A stretch of 64,000 nucleotides of DNA from Candidatus Cloacimonadales bacterium (GCA_963663475.2 CAXXJV010000002.1:32001-96000), one strand, 5' to 3'; shown: positions 20,474 through 31,467, counted from the first letter of the stretch. The notes: generated by a model not told the origin, from the sequence alone. Numbers and translations: made by a program.

Positions 20474-21385
20474 ATGAAAGATAAAGCAATTAGAGGTATA
20501 GCTGCAGATAAACAGATAAGATTTTTTGCAGTTAATTCGACCCAAACTGTCCAAAGGGCTCTTAAATCTCACTTCCTTTCTGTTACTGCAACCATCTTCT
20601 TAGGAAGAATGCTTTCTGCTGGTATCATGCTAGGAATGGACCTTAAAGATGAAAAATCTTCAATTACTCTAAAAATAGATTCTGATGGCCCTCTAGCTGG
20701 TGCAACTGTTGTTAGTAAGAATATGGGTAAGACTAAGGGCTATGTTAAGAATCCTCAAGCTGAACTTGAAGCTCAATCAACTATCTATGGCTTAAGTATA
20801 GCCAAAGCAGTTGGTAATGGTACTTTAACTATCATTAAAGATCTTAATGTTAGGCAACCTTTTTCTGGTCAAGTAGAACTAATTTCTGGTGAAGTTGCAG
20901 AAGATTTAGCCTATTACTTTGTCCAATCTGAACAAGTACCATCAGCTGTAGGACTGGGCTTGCTAGTAAATCCTGATGCTTCAGTTAAAAGCTCAGGTGG
21001 TTTTATTGTTCAATTAATGCCTTTTGCTAAAGATCAAGTAATCAGTAAGCTTGAAGAGAATGTAAATAAAATGCCTAATATTTCAGACCTACTTGATATG
21101 GGAAAAGATATAGAGACTATTGTGAGAGATTTTGTTTTAAAGGGTTTTGATTTCTCAATTACTGATGAATTAGAACCTTCATTCTCCTGTGATTGTAGTA
21201 AAGAAAAGTTCTGGGATGGCATTAAACTTCTTGGTTTGAGAGATATTCAAGAAGCTCTTCTGCATGAAGGGAAATTAGAAGCTAACTGCCATTTCTGCAA
21301 CCAGACCTATACTTATGCTGAAAATGATCTTTATAAAATGATAGATGAATTACAAGATGAGGGTAAAGAAAAGATATCTGAATAA
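20474..21385 (+). CDS. hslO: Hsp33 redox-regulated chaperone
   Basis: SEQVPSAVGLG, GGFIVQLMP, CDC...CHFC zinc motif. Confidence 0.95.
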   Translation: MKDKAIRGIAADKQIRFFAVNSTQTVQRALKSHFLSVTATIFLGRMLSAGIMLGMDLKDEKSSITLKIDSDGPLAGATVVSKNMGKTKGYVKNPQAELEAQSTIYGLSIAKAVGNGTLTIIKDLNVRQPFSGQVELISGEVAEDLAYYFVQSEQVPSAVGLGLLVNPDASVKSSGGFIVQLMPFAKDQVISKLEENVNKMPNISDLLDMGKDIETIVRDFVLKGFDFSITDELEPSFSCDCSKEKFWDGIKLLGLRDIQEALLHEGKLEANCHFCNQTYTYAENDLYKMIDELQDEGKEKISE

Positions 21386-21421
21386 AAACTAACAAGAAAA
21401 TAAACTAACAAGAGGTGACTT

Positions 21422-22621
21422 ATGAGAAAAACAGTCGTTGTCGCTGCTAAAAGATCTGCAGTAGGAAGCTTTGGAGGTCAATTCAAAGATGTTTCAGCTG
21501 TAGAATTAGGTGTTCAAGTATTAAAATCTATAATTTCAGACTTAAATTTAGATCCAGCTAAAATTGATGAAGTTATTCTTGGTAATGTAGTAGGTGCTGG
21601 TTTAGGACAGAATGTTGCCCGTCAAGTTTCTATTAATGCTGGTATTCCTGACACAGTACCAGCCTACACAATAAATAAAGTATGTGGTTCAGGAATGAAG
21701 TCTGTTACTTTAGCCTCAGCGATGATAGCTTTAGGTGAAGCTGATATTGTAGTTGCTGGTGGAACAGAGAATATGAGTCAGATTCCTTATATTATGAAAG
21801 ATGCTCGTTGGGGAGCTAGGATGGGAGATAAGCAATTAGTTGATATCATGGTTCATGATGGTTTATTTGATATCTTCAACGGCTACCACATGGGAATAAC
21901 AGCTGAAAATCTTGCTCAACAATGGAATATTACAAGAGAAGAACAAGATGCTTTTGCAGCACAGTCTCAAAATAGGGCAGAGAGAGCAATGAATGAAGGT
22001 AGATTTGATGATGAAATTGTACCGATTATGGTACCACAAAGACGTAAAGATCCAATAGCAGTAGCAAGAGATGAATTTCCTAGACCTGGAGTTACTAAGG
22101 AAGGATTAGCTAAATTAAGACCAGCTTTTAAAAAAGATGGAAGTGTTACAGCAGCTAATTCATCTGGTATCAATGATGGTTCTGCTATCCTGGTACTTAT
22201 GAGTGAAGATAAGGCTAAAGAACTTGGTTATCAACCACTTGCAACATTAGTTAATTATGCTTCTGGAGGAGTAGATCCTGCAATTATGGGTTTTGGTCCT
22301 GTTCCAGCAATTAAAAAAGCATTAAAGAAAGCTCAATGGGATATGAATGATATTGATTTATTAGAACTTAATGAAGCTTTTGCAGCCCAATCACTCTCAG
22401 TTTTTAAAGGTTTAGCTGAAGATGGTATTATAGTTGATCCAGAGAAAACTAATGTTAATGGCGGTGCTATAGCTATTGGACATCCAATTGGTTGTTCAGG
22501 AGCAAGAATTATTGTTACTTTACTTCATGAGATGAAGAAGCGTGGAAATAAAAAAGGTTTAGCATCTCTTTGTATTGGTGGGGGAATGGGAATTACTACT
22601 CTTTGGGAAATGGAGGAGTAA
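21422..22621 (+). CDS. Acetyl-CoA C-acetyltransferase (thiolase)
   Basis: [26 protein letters not shown]. Confidence 0.96.
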   Translation: MRKTVVVAAKRSAVGSFGGQFKDVSAVELGVQVLKSIISDLNLDPAKIDEVILGNVVGAGLGQNVARQVSINAGIPDTVPAYTINKVCGSGMKSVTLASAMIALGEADIVVAGGTENMSQIPYIMKDARWGARMGDKQLVDIMVHDGLFDIFNGYHMGITAENLAQQWNITREEQDAFAAQSQNRAERAMNEGRFDDEIVPIMVPQRRKDPIAVARDEFPRPGVTKEGLAKLRPAFKKDGSVTAANSSGINDGSAILVLMSEDKAKELGYQPLATLVNYASGGVDPAIMGFGPVPAIKKALKKAQWDMNDIDLLELNEAFAAQSLSVFKGLAEDGIIVDPEKTNVNGGAIAIGHPIGCSGARIIVTLLHEMKKRGNKKGLASLCIGGGMGITTLWEMEE

Positions 22622-22668
22622 GTTCTTTTTACACTAATTACCACGAATTATAACTAATTTCACGAATT

Positions 22669-22692
22669 AAGCCCTGCAGATGCAGGGCTTTT
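22669..22692. terminator. Terminator between thiolase and the convergent HNH gene
   Basis: aagccctgca-ga-tgcagggctttt. Confidence 0.75.
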
Positions 22693-22737
22693 ACTAAAGT
22701 TATTTTTTCTTATAAAAGAGATTTTGACAAAGAACTT

Positions 22738-23286
22738 TTAGTAGTGGAGGATTAACTCGTTTGGTTTGGGAAGAGATTTTGGTAAAAGGTCTAATCTAAA
22801 AGGTATGTCATATTTAGTTATATCAGAAATCTTTTCTTCCATTAAATCATTATAACTACAGTACTCTATAACTAATTTTAAATATCTCCTGAGAACTAAA
22901 ATAGGTAATATATAATCTTGTTTATTCATCCATTCTAATAAGTCTAAATCTTTTTTAGAACTGTTACATTTTTGGCAAATAATTAATAGGTTATCACTCT
23001 TATCTAATACTAATTTTGATTTTGGTATTACATGGTCATATGAAAGTTGTTTAGTACTTCCACAGTAATTACATTTTTTTTCTACGTTAAGTTTTATTTT
23101 TTCATCGTCAAAAAAAGTTCCTAAATTAATTCTATTTTCCATTAGGCCCTTATATAATTTTGCTCTTATCATATAATTAACAGTATTGTAATGTGTCTGA
23201 TTTTTATCGATAGCACTATGGGCCATTGCTAGATTTGCATAAGCCCAAAAAAGTCTTTCTTTAACTAAAAGTTTTTCATTTTTCAT
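22738..23286 (-). CDS. HNH endonuclease
   Basis: CNYCG...DHVIP...NLLIICQKCNSSK. Confidence 0.85.
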   Translation of the reverse strand: MKNEKLLVKERLFWAYANLAMAHSAIDKNQTHYNTVNYMIRAKLYKGLMENRINLGTFFDDEKIKLNVEKKCNYCGSTKQLSYDHVIPKSKLVLDKSDNLLIICQKCNSSKKDLDLLEWMNKQDYILPILVLRRYLKLVIEYCSYNDLMEEKISDITKYDIPFRLDLLPKSLPKPNELILHY

Positions 23287-23499
23287 TCTAACCTCTTAAA
23301 ATAATAATCTTAAAATAGAAAATTTTGTCAAGGACATCGTAATAGAATTTTGTTTCGACTAAAAATGTTCTTTTATATTCGTGATTTATTTTAATACTTC
23401 TTGTTTTAAAACTCTTTAATTTATTTAAATCCTTTGACAGAAAATCTTAAATCATAAAATCTGGTCATAGTTATAAAAATATGTAATCAGGAGATTTAT

Positions 23500-24744
23500 A
23501 TGTCAGAGAAATTAAATTTGACCAAATCAATGAAGCTTTATGAAGAAGCTTTAGAGTTAGTTCCAGGTGCAGTTGCTGGTATAAGAAGACCTTACAACTT
23601 TGTTCCTGGAGAATATCCAATCTTCTTTGACCGTGCTAAGGGTGGCAAGGTTTGGGATGTAGATGGAAATGAATATTTAGATTTTCTATGTGCTTATGGT
23701 CCAATTATTGTGGGTCATTGTGAAGAAGAAATTGACAATCCTGTAATTGAGCAGATTTCAACAAAAGGTTTTTGTTTTTCATTGACACAAGAGATTCAGA
23801 ACCAGTTAGTTAGAAAGTTGCAAGAACATATTCCTTCTTGTGAAATGGCAGCATTGTTAAAAACAGGATCAGATACTACTACAGCAGCTATTAGAGCAGC
23901 ACGTGCTTATACAGACAGAAAGAAAATAATCAGATGTGGTTATCATGGTTGGCATGATTGGTGTGTAGAAGTTAAGGGTGGGGTATTAGAAAAGAACTTT
24001 GAAGATACTTTAGAATTCACTTATAATCACTTAGATGAGTTAGAAGATTTAATGAAGAAACATGGAGATGATGTAGCTGGTATTATTGTAACTCCAGTTG
24101 GTCATCCACTAGGACATGAAGTTGAAATGCCTAAACCTGGTTTCTTAGAGGGTGTAAGAGAATTAGCAACTAAGTATGGTTCAGTTCTTATTTTTGATGA
24201 AATAAGATCTGGTTTCCGTTACTCTATGGGTGGCGCTCAAAAAGTATTTGGTGTAACTCCTGACTTATCAACATTTGGTAAAGCAATGGCCAATGGTTAT
24301 GCTATTGCAGCCCTAGTAGGTAAAAAAGAGTTTATGTCTGTTTTTGCAGATAAAGCTTTCTTATCTTCTACTTATTTCCCAAACAGTGATGCTCAAATTG
24401 CTTCTTTATCAACAATAGCTTTCTTAGAAAAATATAATGTTTTAGATGAAATTAAGACTAAGGGTAATAAATTTGCTGCTAATGTAAGTAAAATTGTTGC
24501 AGATTCAGGCTTACCTGTAAACTTCTCAGGTGGTGCTTTGATGCCTTACCTAACCTTTGTTCCTGATGCTGATAAAGTGTATAAAAAAGCTCGTGTTCAA
24601 TTCTATACAGAACTTATCAGGAGAGGTGTATTCTTACAACCTTATCATCATGGATACATTGCTTATCGTCATACTGAAGAAGAACTTAATCATGCAGCTA
24701 AGATGATAAAAGAATCTTTGGATGCAATAAAATCATTCTATTAA
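23500..24744 (+). CDS. kat: Class III PLP aminotransferase, probable 3-aminobutyryl-CoA aminotransferase
   Basis: WDVDGNEYLD, YHGWHD, FDEIRSGFR, PDLSTFGK; adjacent to kce and near thiolase. Confidence 0.8.
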   Translation: MSEKLNLTKSMKLYEEALELVPGAVAGIRRPYNFVPGEYPIFFDRAKGGKVWDVDGNEYLDFLCAYGPIIVGHCEEEIDNPVIEQISTKGFCFSLTQEIQNQLVRKLQEHIPSCEMAALLKTGSDTTTAAIRAARAYTDRKKIIRCGYHGWHDWCVEVKGGVLEKNFEDTLEFTYNHLDELEDLMKKHGDDVAGIIVTPVGHPLGHEVEMPKPGFLEGVRELATKYGSVLIFDEIRSGFRYSMGGAQKVFGVTPDLSTFGKAMANGYAIAALVGKKEFMSVFADKAFLSSTYFPNSDAQIASLSTIAFLEKYNVLDEIKTKGNKFAANVSKIVADSGLPVNFSGGALMPYLTFVPDADKVYKKARVQFYTELIRRGVFLQPYHHGYIAYRHTEEELNHAAKMIKESLDAIKSFY

Positions 24745-24769
24745 TAAATATACAAAAAATAAAAAATAG

Positions 24770-25615
<846 letters not shown>

Positions 25616-25710
25616 TTTCATTTATCCCATAAAGTAGACTAGGCTTTGATTTGAGAAGAATAACCAGTCTTCCCTAAAATTCTACTGCGCTACTTGGGCT
25701 AATAAAAAAT

Positions 25711-25736
25711 AAAGGCGGAAATTATTTTCCGCCTTT
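25711..25736. terminator. Bidirectional terminator
   Basis: aaaggcggaaa/tttccgccttt between convergent genes. Confidence 0.75.
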
Positions 25737-25775
25737 GCTTTTTATACTTCTTGTCTATTTGCTTTATCTAGTGGC

Positions 25776-26429
25776 TTAATCTAACTTCTTATGACAGAAC
25801 CACCAGTCATAGCATTCATATTTCTTTTCTGATAATCTTTTTTCAGCTGTTTCAACATCAGTTGCTGGAGGAATTATTACATGATCCTTAATAATTGAAT
25901 TATTTGGCCAATCTGCAGGCATTGCAACTTTCTCTTTATCTGATATTTGAAGTGCCTTAACAGCTCTTACAACTTCTTGGATATTTCTACCAATTTCTTG
26001 TGGATAATATAATACTAATCTTGTTTTGCCTTCAGGATCTACTATAAATACGGCTCTCACTGTATTTGTTCCCTTACCAGGATGCAACATTCCTAATTTA
26101 AGAGCTATTTGGTCATTGGCTGCAATTATAGGGAACTCAATTTTTACTTTAATATTCTCTTTAATCCATTCTTCCCATTTAATGTGGGAAAAAACTTGAT
26201 CAACAGACATTCCAATAAGCTCAACATCTAGTTTTTTCAACTCATCATAAGCTTGTTGGAAAGCTACAAATTCGGTTGTACATACAGGTGTGAAATCTGC
26301 TGGATGGGAAAATAAAATAAACCATTTACCCTTATAATCACCAGGTAGCTCTTTAACTCCACGTGTTGTCATAACCTTCATCTCTGGAAACTTATCTCCT
26401 AATAATGGCATATTCATTTGTTCGTACAT
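25776..26429 (-). CDS. Peroxiredoxin (Prx6/AhpC type with C-terminal CYDWWFC)
   Basis: [13 protein letters not shown] peroxidatic Cys motif. Confidence 0.93.
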   Translation of the reverse strand: MYEQMNMPLLGDKFPEMKVMTTRGVKELPGDYKGKWFILFSHPADFTPVCTTEFVAFQQAYDELKKLDVELIGMSVDQVFSHIKWEEWIKENIKVKIEFPIIAANDQIALKLGMLHPGKGTNTVRAVFIVDPEGKTRLVLYYPQEIGRNIQEVVRAVKALQISDKEKVAMPADWPNNSIIKDHVIIPPATDVETAEKRLSEKKYECYDWWFCHKKLD

Positions 26430-26464
26430 TTCAATACTCCTTTTTCTTAATTAATTTTAAAATA

Positions 26465-26479
26465 TTATAATGATTATAA
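26465..26479. promoter_or_regulatory. PerR/Fur-type operator upstream of the peroxiredoxin gene
   Basis: TTATAATGATTATAA is an exact match to the Per box consensus TTATAATnATTATAA. Confidence 0.75.
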
Positions 26480-26668
26480 AGTTTTATGCAAATAAAAATT
26501 TGTGTTTTTATAAAATTATTCTTAAAGAGTCTATTTTAGTAATTGTTATAAGGTAAGTTAGCTAAAACTATTTTTTGCTGAAGTAGATAGAAAATTTAGT
26601 AGAAAATTTTAGATAATTGAAGCCTGTCAAGTACCAATATAGTGGACACCTTTTTTATGTATCCTGAG

Positions 26669-27099
26669 GGGATAAGTCTTGAATCCCCAAAAGGGGATAA
26701 ATAGTTTAGCCCAGGGTAAATTCCTGAAGGGAATGCAACCCTGGGTACAGGTGATGAAAAACAAAGCCTAACCCTGAAAGGGTTAAATAACATCATATAT
26801 ACCATAGACTTATTATAATCCCAAATGGTGCAATAGAACTTTAGAGAAGAGTGCAAAAGAATATTCTGCTATTCTCAAAGATCTATTACATTATTTGGGA
26901 TAATACATTATTTATAATTTATTAAACCCTTACAGGGTAATATCTTTGCGCTAGCCATCATTACCCAGGGTTGCGATACTTTCAGCATCTTACCCTGGGC
27001 TAAATTATTTTATCCCTTTCAGGGGTTTTTGATGAACCAATATAGTAATGAGATATTCTCATTTTCCTATATTATTCCCACCAGACTTGAACTTGAGCC
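26669..27099. repeat. Repeat mosaic: family D(+) 26669-26815, family A 26815-26903, family D(-) 26917-27027, family E(-) 27072-27099
   Basis: REP-like hairpins cccc-aaaa-gggg, ttagcccagggt...accctgggt, aaccct-gaa-agggtt in both orientations around a family A copy. Confidence 0.85.
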
Positions 27100-27320
27100 T
27101 AATAAACACAAATTGACACCAATAATCAAATCTTAAAATCCTTAACATAGAGTTTTTAAGAGAAGGAAAAGAAGAAGGAAGAAAATTGCCACCGAAAACA
27201 CTGAAAACACCGATATTAATGTCTCCCCGTCTTTGAGTAAAAGCTCTTTCATTTTTCACTTTTAGCGAAAAACTTCTTTCAAGTTAGTTTTTTATTCTTG
27301 ACCCTATTCATCCTCTACTC

Positions 27321-27397
27321 ATCCCTTACCCTTCCTTTACACTCTTTCGATGAAAGTCCGGGTTTCATCGAAAGAGTGTAAAGGAAGGGTAAGGGAT
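27321..27397. repeat. Family B perfect palindrome (35-bp arms, 7-nt loop)
   Basis: atcccttacccttcctttacactctttcgatgaaa-gtccggg-exact reverse complement. Confidence 0.95.
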
Positions 27398-27529
27398 CAA
27401 TAAGGAAAATTTGAGACATTTCTTAGATTTTTTTGCTAAATAGGACCATTTTGAAAAAAATGGACCCTTAAAGATTATGAGGGCTTGTTAAAAAACTTCA
27501 AGAAAATCTAAGAAAAGGAGGATAAAGCA

Positions 27530-28225
27530 ATGGTTGTTATTGAATTTAAAATACCACACGGATTAAAAGCCAAAGCTAGAAGAGAGGGATATTCTCTAGT
27601 AAAATATTCAAATCAGCCCTTTTATCACCTCCGAAAAAAAAATTCTCCTAAAATAGGGAAAAATCATCATAAGTTCCGCAATACCATGCAAGAACTAAAA
27701 ATATCTTATAGAAAGCTTAATGATGCTGAAAAGCTAGCACTGAAAGAAAGGAGAAAAAAGGAAGGAAGTACTAAGTCAGACTGGATTCAATTTGTCAGAG
27801 AATATTATAGAGGGATTAGTCGTCAAGCTCTTAAAGAAAAAAGACAAGTAAAAGCTCAAAACAAGAAAGATCAAGTTAACAAGCCACAAAAAGGAATTGA
27901 AAGTAAGAATTTAAGAGAAATGAAGAGTGACGGGACTTGCTCACGTAGTAGCGACTTCCGACAAATCAACTTATATTCGTCCGAAGTCCCTTGCCTAGGG
28001 CTGAGGAAGTCTGGTCTCCAACCCTTATTGACGAGACTTGCTCACGAAGTAGCGACTTCCGACAAGTTAACTTTCTTTCACCCGAATGACGAGACTTGCT
28101 CACGGAGTAGCGACTTCCGACAGCTTATATTCGTCCGAAGTCCCTTGCCTAGGGCTGAGGAACTCCGGTCTCAAACAACTCAGCGACTTCCGACAACTCA
28201 ACTTTCTTCGTCTGAAGTCCTTTGA
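27530..28225 (+). CDS. Hypothetical Lys/Arg-rich protein; C-terminal ~100 codons read through family C repeats
   Basis: Strong RBS AGGAGG; basic N-terminal ~130 aa; TCSRSSDFRQ repeated in the tail from DNA repeats. Confidence 0.6.
   Translation: MVVIEFKIPHGLKAKARREGYSLVKYSNQPFYHLRKKNSPKIGKNHHKFRNTMQELKISYRKLNDAEKLALKERRKKEGSTKSDWIQFVREYYRGISRQALKEKRQVKAQNKKDQVNKPQKGIESKNLREMKSDGTCSRSSDFRQINLYSSEVPCLGLRKSGLQPLLTRLAHEVATSDKLTFFHPNDETCSRSSDFRQLIFVRSPLPRAEELRSQTTQRLPTTQLSSSEVL
27921..28222. repeat. Family C REP-like cluster (3 full and 1 partial tgacgRgacttgctcacgNagtagcgacttccgaca units, plus repeated gtccgaagtcccttgcctagggctgagg modules)
   Basis: Units start at 27928, 28029, 28087, with a partial unit at ~28182. 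Confidence 0.9.
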
Positions 28226-28471
28226 TATACATATTGACTTACATGCCTAAATCTCAGATATTTGAATAAGACTTCTTATAACCCTTTGTGATATAAGAGA
28301 TTTGTTAAGAAAACCTAAAGAGTGAAATTTTATCGACTTCTTTAAAGATAAGCTATTGGGAAGAATGGCTTGCTGGTTGAACAGTTTTTCACTTTATATA
28401 AAAGATAATATTTAAGAAAAAAATTGACAAGATATTGAATGTGATTAATATTATGTTTAAGAGGTGAAATA

Positions 28472-28930
28472 ATGGGAAAAAAAGAAAATGAAGAAATAAA
28501 CAAGTTGCATAATTATATGGCAACTAAGCTTTTTAATGACACATGGGAACTGCTTGATAAGGAGAATAGGACAGCTGAAGAGGATATTTTAATGATTCAC
28601 ACAGCCCATGCTTCTCTTTATCATTGGTATCAATTTGGTCAAGCTAAGAACTTGTCTATTGGCGAATGGCAAGTTTCCAGAGTCTATGCAGAACTAAAAA
28701 TGGGACAATCTGCATTAAAGCACGGACTAGCCAATATTGATTTATGTCTTAAGCATGATATCTCTGGTTTCGAATTAGCCTATGCTTATGAATCAGTAGC
28801 TAGAGCTTATAAGGTTCTTGGAGATAGTAGTAAGATGAGTGAAATTTTAGAGAAGGGATATGCTGAAGCAGAAAATATCACTAATGCTGAAGAAAAAGAT
28901 TATTTAATTAGCGATTTAAAAACAATATAA
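28472..28930 (+). CDS. Conserved hypothetical helical protein
   Basis: 'FN.TW.LL...R...D..M...AHAS..HW', 'EWQVSRVYA', 'YAYE..ARAY' pattern; RBS GAGGTG. Confidence 0.75.
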   Translation: MGKKENEEINKLHNYMATKLFNDTWELLDKENRTAEEDILMIHTAHASLYHWYQFGQAKNLSIGEWQVSRVYAELKMGQSALKHGLANIDLCLKHDISGFELAYAYESVARAYKVLGDSSKMSEILEKGYAEAENITNAEEKDYLISDLKTI

Positions 28931-28942
28931 AAGGAGATTAAA

Positions 28943-30079
28943 ATGAAGAAAATACTTATTTTAATGCTTGTGTTTAGTTTAGGATTGATGTTTGTTGGAT
29001 GTAGCGATGATGATGATGACACTAGTGCTGCTGTGACAAGAGTTACTTTTAGAAATCAAACAAATGCTGATATTACTGTCATGATTGATGATATTGATGG
29101 TACTTTAACTGCCGGAGAATCTTGGTCTTATACTTTTGATTCTGCTATCTTTGATGAAGATGTAGATATGTTAACAGTTGATTATACAGTAACTGGTCTT
29201 TATGTTGCAACTGAGACAGGAACAGCTACAATTAACAAAAATCAAACTACTACAATAAGTGTTCTTCCTGAAGGCGGAATTATAGTATTAAAAAACAATC
29301 ACTATATCAATATTAACTCAGCTTTAATCTATCAAGCTGATCAAAGCCCTAGCGGAAACAATGAATTAACTAGTCCACTTGAACCAGGTGACTCTCTTCT
29401 AGTTTTAAAAGAAGCTAACAATTACCGTGTTACTTATAATTTAGAAAACAATACTTTTGTTACTTTAGATGCTTTCAACCTTGAAGACAACCAGATGTCT
29501 TATGCAAGTATTTCAGCTCAAAAGATATTAAATATTGATAATCAAACAAGTGGCTCAGTGACTTTCAGATTAGATGGTGGTTCATTAAACAGTTTAACTG
29601 CTAACACTTCTGAAGAATATATTCTTGGTGAAGAGTATGGTTTAAATGTTGAAGTATCTTATAATGGCCTTTATATCTTTGCAGGTTCAGAGACTTATGA
29701 CTTCTTCGCAGATACAAATTATGATGTAGAAGTTACTGCTGATGGTGGTGCTATATTTATCGTTAATGGAACTCAAGATAATATTACTGAAGTTTATATT
29801 GCACCTTCTTCTGATACTGAATGGGGTCCTGATTATATGTCTGGTTCTATTGGTCCTGACCAAGATTATGCATGGACAGTTGAACCCGGTCTTTGGGATG
29901 TCAAAATAGTTGATGATGCTGGTTATTCTTCAGAAGTTTATGAAATTTCTGTTTCTCTTAACCAATCAGAATATGTTGATTATACTGACAAGGCTAAGAC
30001 TCGTGGAACTAGCTCTAGTATGAAAAATAAAGCTCATTACAACTTCCCTACAAGTGGAACAAGAGTTGAAGCTAACTAA
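28943..30079 (+). CDS. Lipoprotein with repeated beta-sandwich modules
   Basis: Lipobox FVGC followed by SDDDDD; internal duplication. Confidence 0.8.
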   Translation: MKKILILMLVFSLGLMFVGCSDDDDDTSAAVTRVTFRNQTNADITVMIDDIDGTLTAGESWSYTFDSAIFDEDVDMLTVDYTVTGLYVATETGTATINKNQTTTISVLPEGGIIVLKNNHYININSALIYQADQSPSGNNELTSPLEPGDSLLVLKEANNYRVTYNLENNTFVTLDAFNLEDNQMSYASISAQKILNIDNQTSGSVTFRLDGGSLNSLTANTSEEYILGEEYGLNVEVSYNGLYIFAGSETYDFFADTNYDVEVTADGGAIFIVNGTQDNITEVYIAPSSDTEWGPDYMSGSIGPDQDYAWTVEPGLWDVKIVDDAGYSSEVYEISVSLNQSEYVDYTDKAKTRGTSSSMKNKAHYNFPTSGTRVEAN

Positions 30080-30095
30080 ATTTTAATTAAAAATA

Positions 30096-30123
30096 GAAAA
30101 GGGTTGCGAAAGCAACCCTTTTC
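30096..30123 (+). terminator. Terminator hairpin (left copy)
   Basis: gaaaagggttgc-gaaa-gcaacccttttc. Confidence 0.8.
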
Positions 30124-30338
30124 AGACCTTTGACAAAAGCTCATATTTCTTAGAAAGTCATTTATTCTTTGAAAAATATAGGACAAAAGCCAATTCATAA
30201 AGTCGCTATATCTTTATCCAAACTCTTCTCTGCGATGTATTTAAATACTATCTTGCTTGAGTTTGAATAAATCTATTAGCGATCTCTTTTTGCAAAAAGA
30301 GACCAAAAACTCAGTGAAGTTGACTTTGTCAACACTCT
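30124..30338. mobile_element. 215-bp non-coding miniature element with IS1182-like ends inside a duplicated terminator
   Basis: agacctttgacaaa ... tttgtcaacactct (11/14 inverted match), flanked by two copies of the gaaaagggttgc/gcaaccctttt hairpin. Confidence 0.65.
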
Positions 30339-30370
30339 GAAAAGGGTTGCTAATTCGCAACCCTTTTTTT
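30339..30370 (+). terminator. Terminator hairpin (right copy)
   Basis: gaaaagggttgc-taattc-gcaaccctttttttt. Confidence 0.8.
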
Positions 30371-30699
30371 GTGTGAAAACTAACAACTTAAACAATAATT
30401 CTTCAAATTTATTAATAAAATTTGACAACTAAAACAATATACAATTAATTGTACTAGTGAAGAGATGAAATTAAGAGGAATTGTGAATAATGATGCTTCG
30501 TTAAATCTGTTGTTATTGTTAACTATAAGGAATATAATATGATATAGATAAATGTGGTCATTTAGATTTCTGAAAAGTAGTTTTTTATATATAAGATTAA
30601 CAGGTAATGAAACAAGTGTAAATAGGTTTCAACAAGGAAATATATCAAACAAGCTATTTACATTAAGTAAAAATAACATAAAAAGAAAAGGAGTAAAAC

Positions 30700-31344
30700 A
30701 TGACAAGGAAAGTAGTTTTTTTAATAGTAATTTTAGGTATAGTATCACTTTTAAGTGCAACAGACAATATTAATTTTGGAGCTAAAGCTGGCTTGAATAT
30801 ATCTGATATTCACTATTCTAAAGATGCATTTATTGAACCTGATAAAAAATTTGATTTTGTATTGGGGGCATTCGTGGAATTTCAAGTTACCACCCAAGTC
30901 TATATTCAACCTGAATTATTGTACACTAAAAAAGGAGCAAGCTATGAGTCATCAGATTCTGGTGAAAATTATTCATCTAAGTGGGAAACAACTTGGGATA
31001 TTAGTTACCTGCAAATGCCAGTCCTCGCAAAGTTTAAACCTAATCAACTACTTGGCATTTATTTAGGTCCATCATTAGGGATTTTGTTGTCATCTGAAGA
31101 TGAATACGATACAAAACAAACAATGAATGGGGAAACTATTTCATCCACAGGAACTGAAGATATGAAAGATATTACAAGTTCAACAGATTTATCGTTAATT
31201 ATTGGTAGTGAATTTTATTATCAAAATTTTGTTTTTGATCTTCGTTATGATTTTGGATTAAGCAATATCTCTGATGTAGAAACCCTTAATGATGCTGAGC
31301 TTACTAATAGGACTTTATCATTATTAGTTGGATATACTTTCTAA
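30700..31344 (+). CDS. Outer-membrane beta-barrel (porin/PorT-like) protein
   Basis: FGAKAGLN, IQPELLY..KG, YLQMPVL, LLVGYTF C-terminus. Confidence 0.85.
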   Translation: MTRKVVFLIVILGIVSLLSATDNINFGAKAGLNISDIHYSKDAFIEPDKKFDFVLGAFVEFQVTTQVYIQPELLYTKKGASYESSDSGENYSSKWETTWDISYLQMPVLAKFKPNQLLGIYLGPSLGILLSSEDEYDTKQTMNGETISSTGTEDMKDITSSTDLSLIIGSEFYYQNFVFDLRYDFGLSNISDVETLNDAELTNRTLSLLVGYTF

Positions 31345-31467
31345 AAGCAAAAATCCTACTCAATGCTATAAAATACTTCTCTATAAAGTGCTCTACTTAA
31401 GAAGTTCTTTTAGAGAAAATATTTTAGAACACTCATATATTACAAAAAAGTTTATATGAGTGTTTTC

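Noticed and set aside
23500-24744. hemL (glutamate-1-semialdehyde aminomutase)
   Set aside because: Same fold, but the kce/thiolase context and absence of hem genes favour Kat
26596-27259. ORFs 26596-26856 and 27059-27259 (also 5243-5440, 34812-35036, 44077-44283)
   Set aside because: They lie on non-coding repeat families and have no RBS or protein motifs
27921-28222. CRISPR array (35-bp repeats)
   Set aside because: Intervening sequences are unequal in length and repeat each other, the unit occurs singly elsewhere (11601), and no cas genes are in the window
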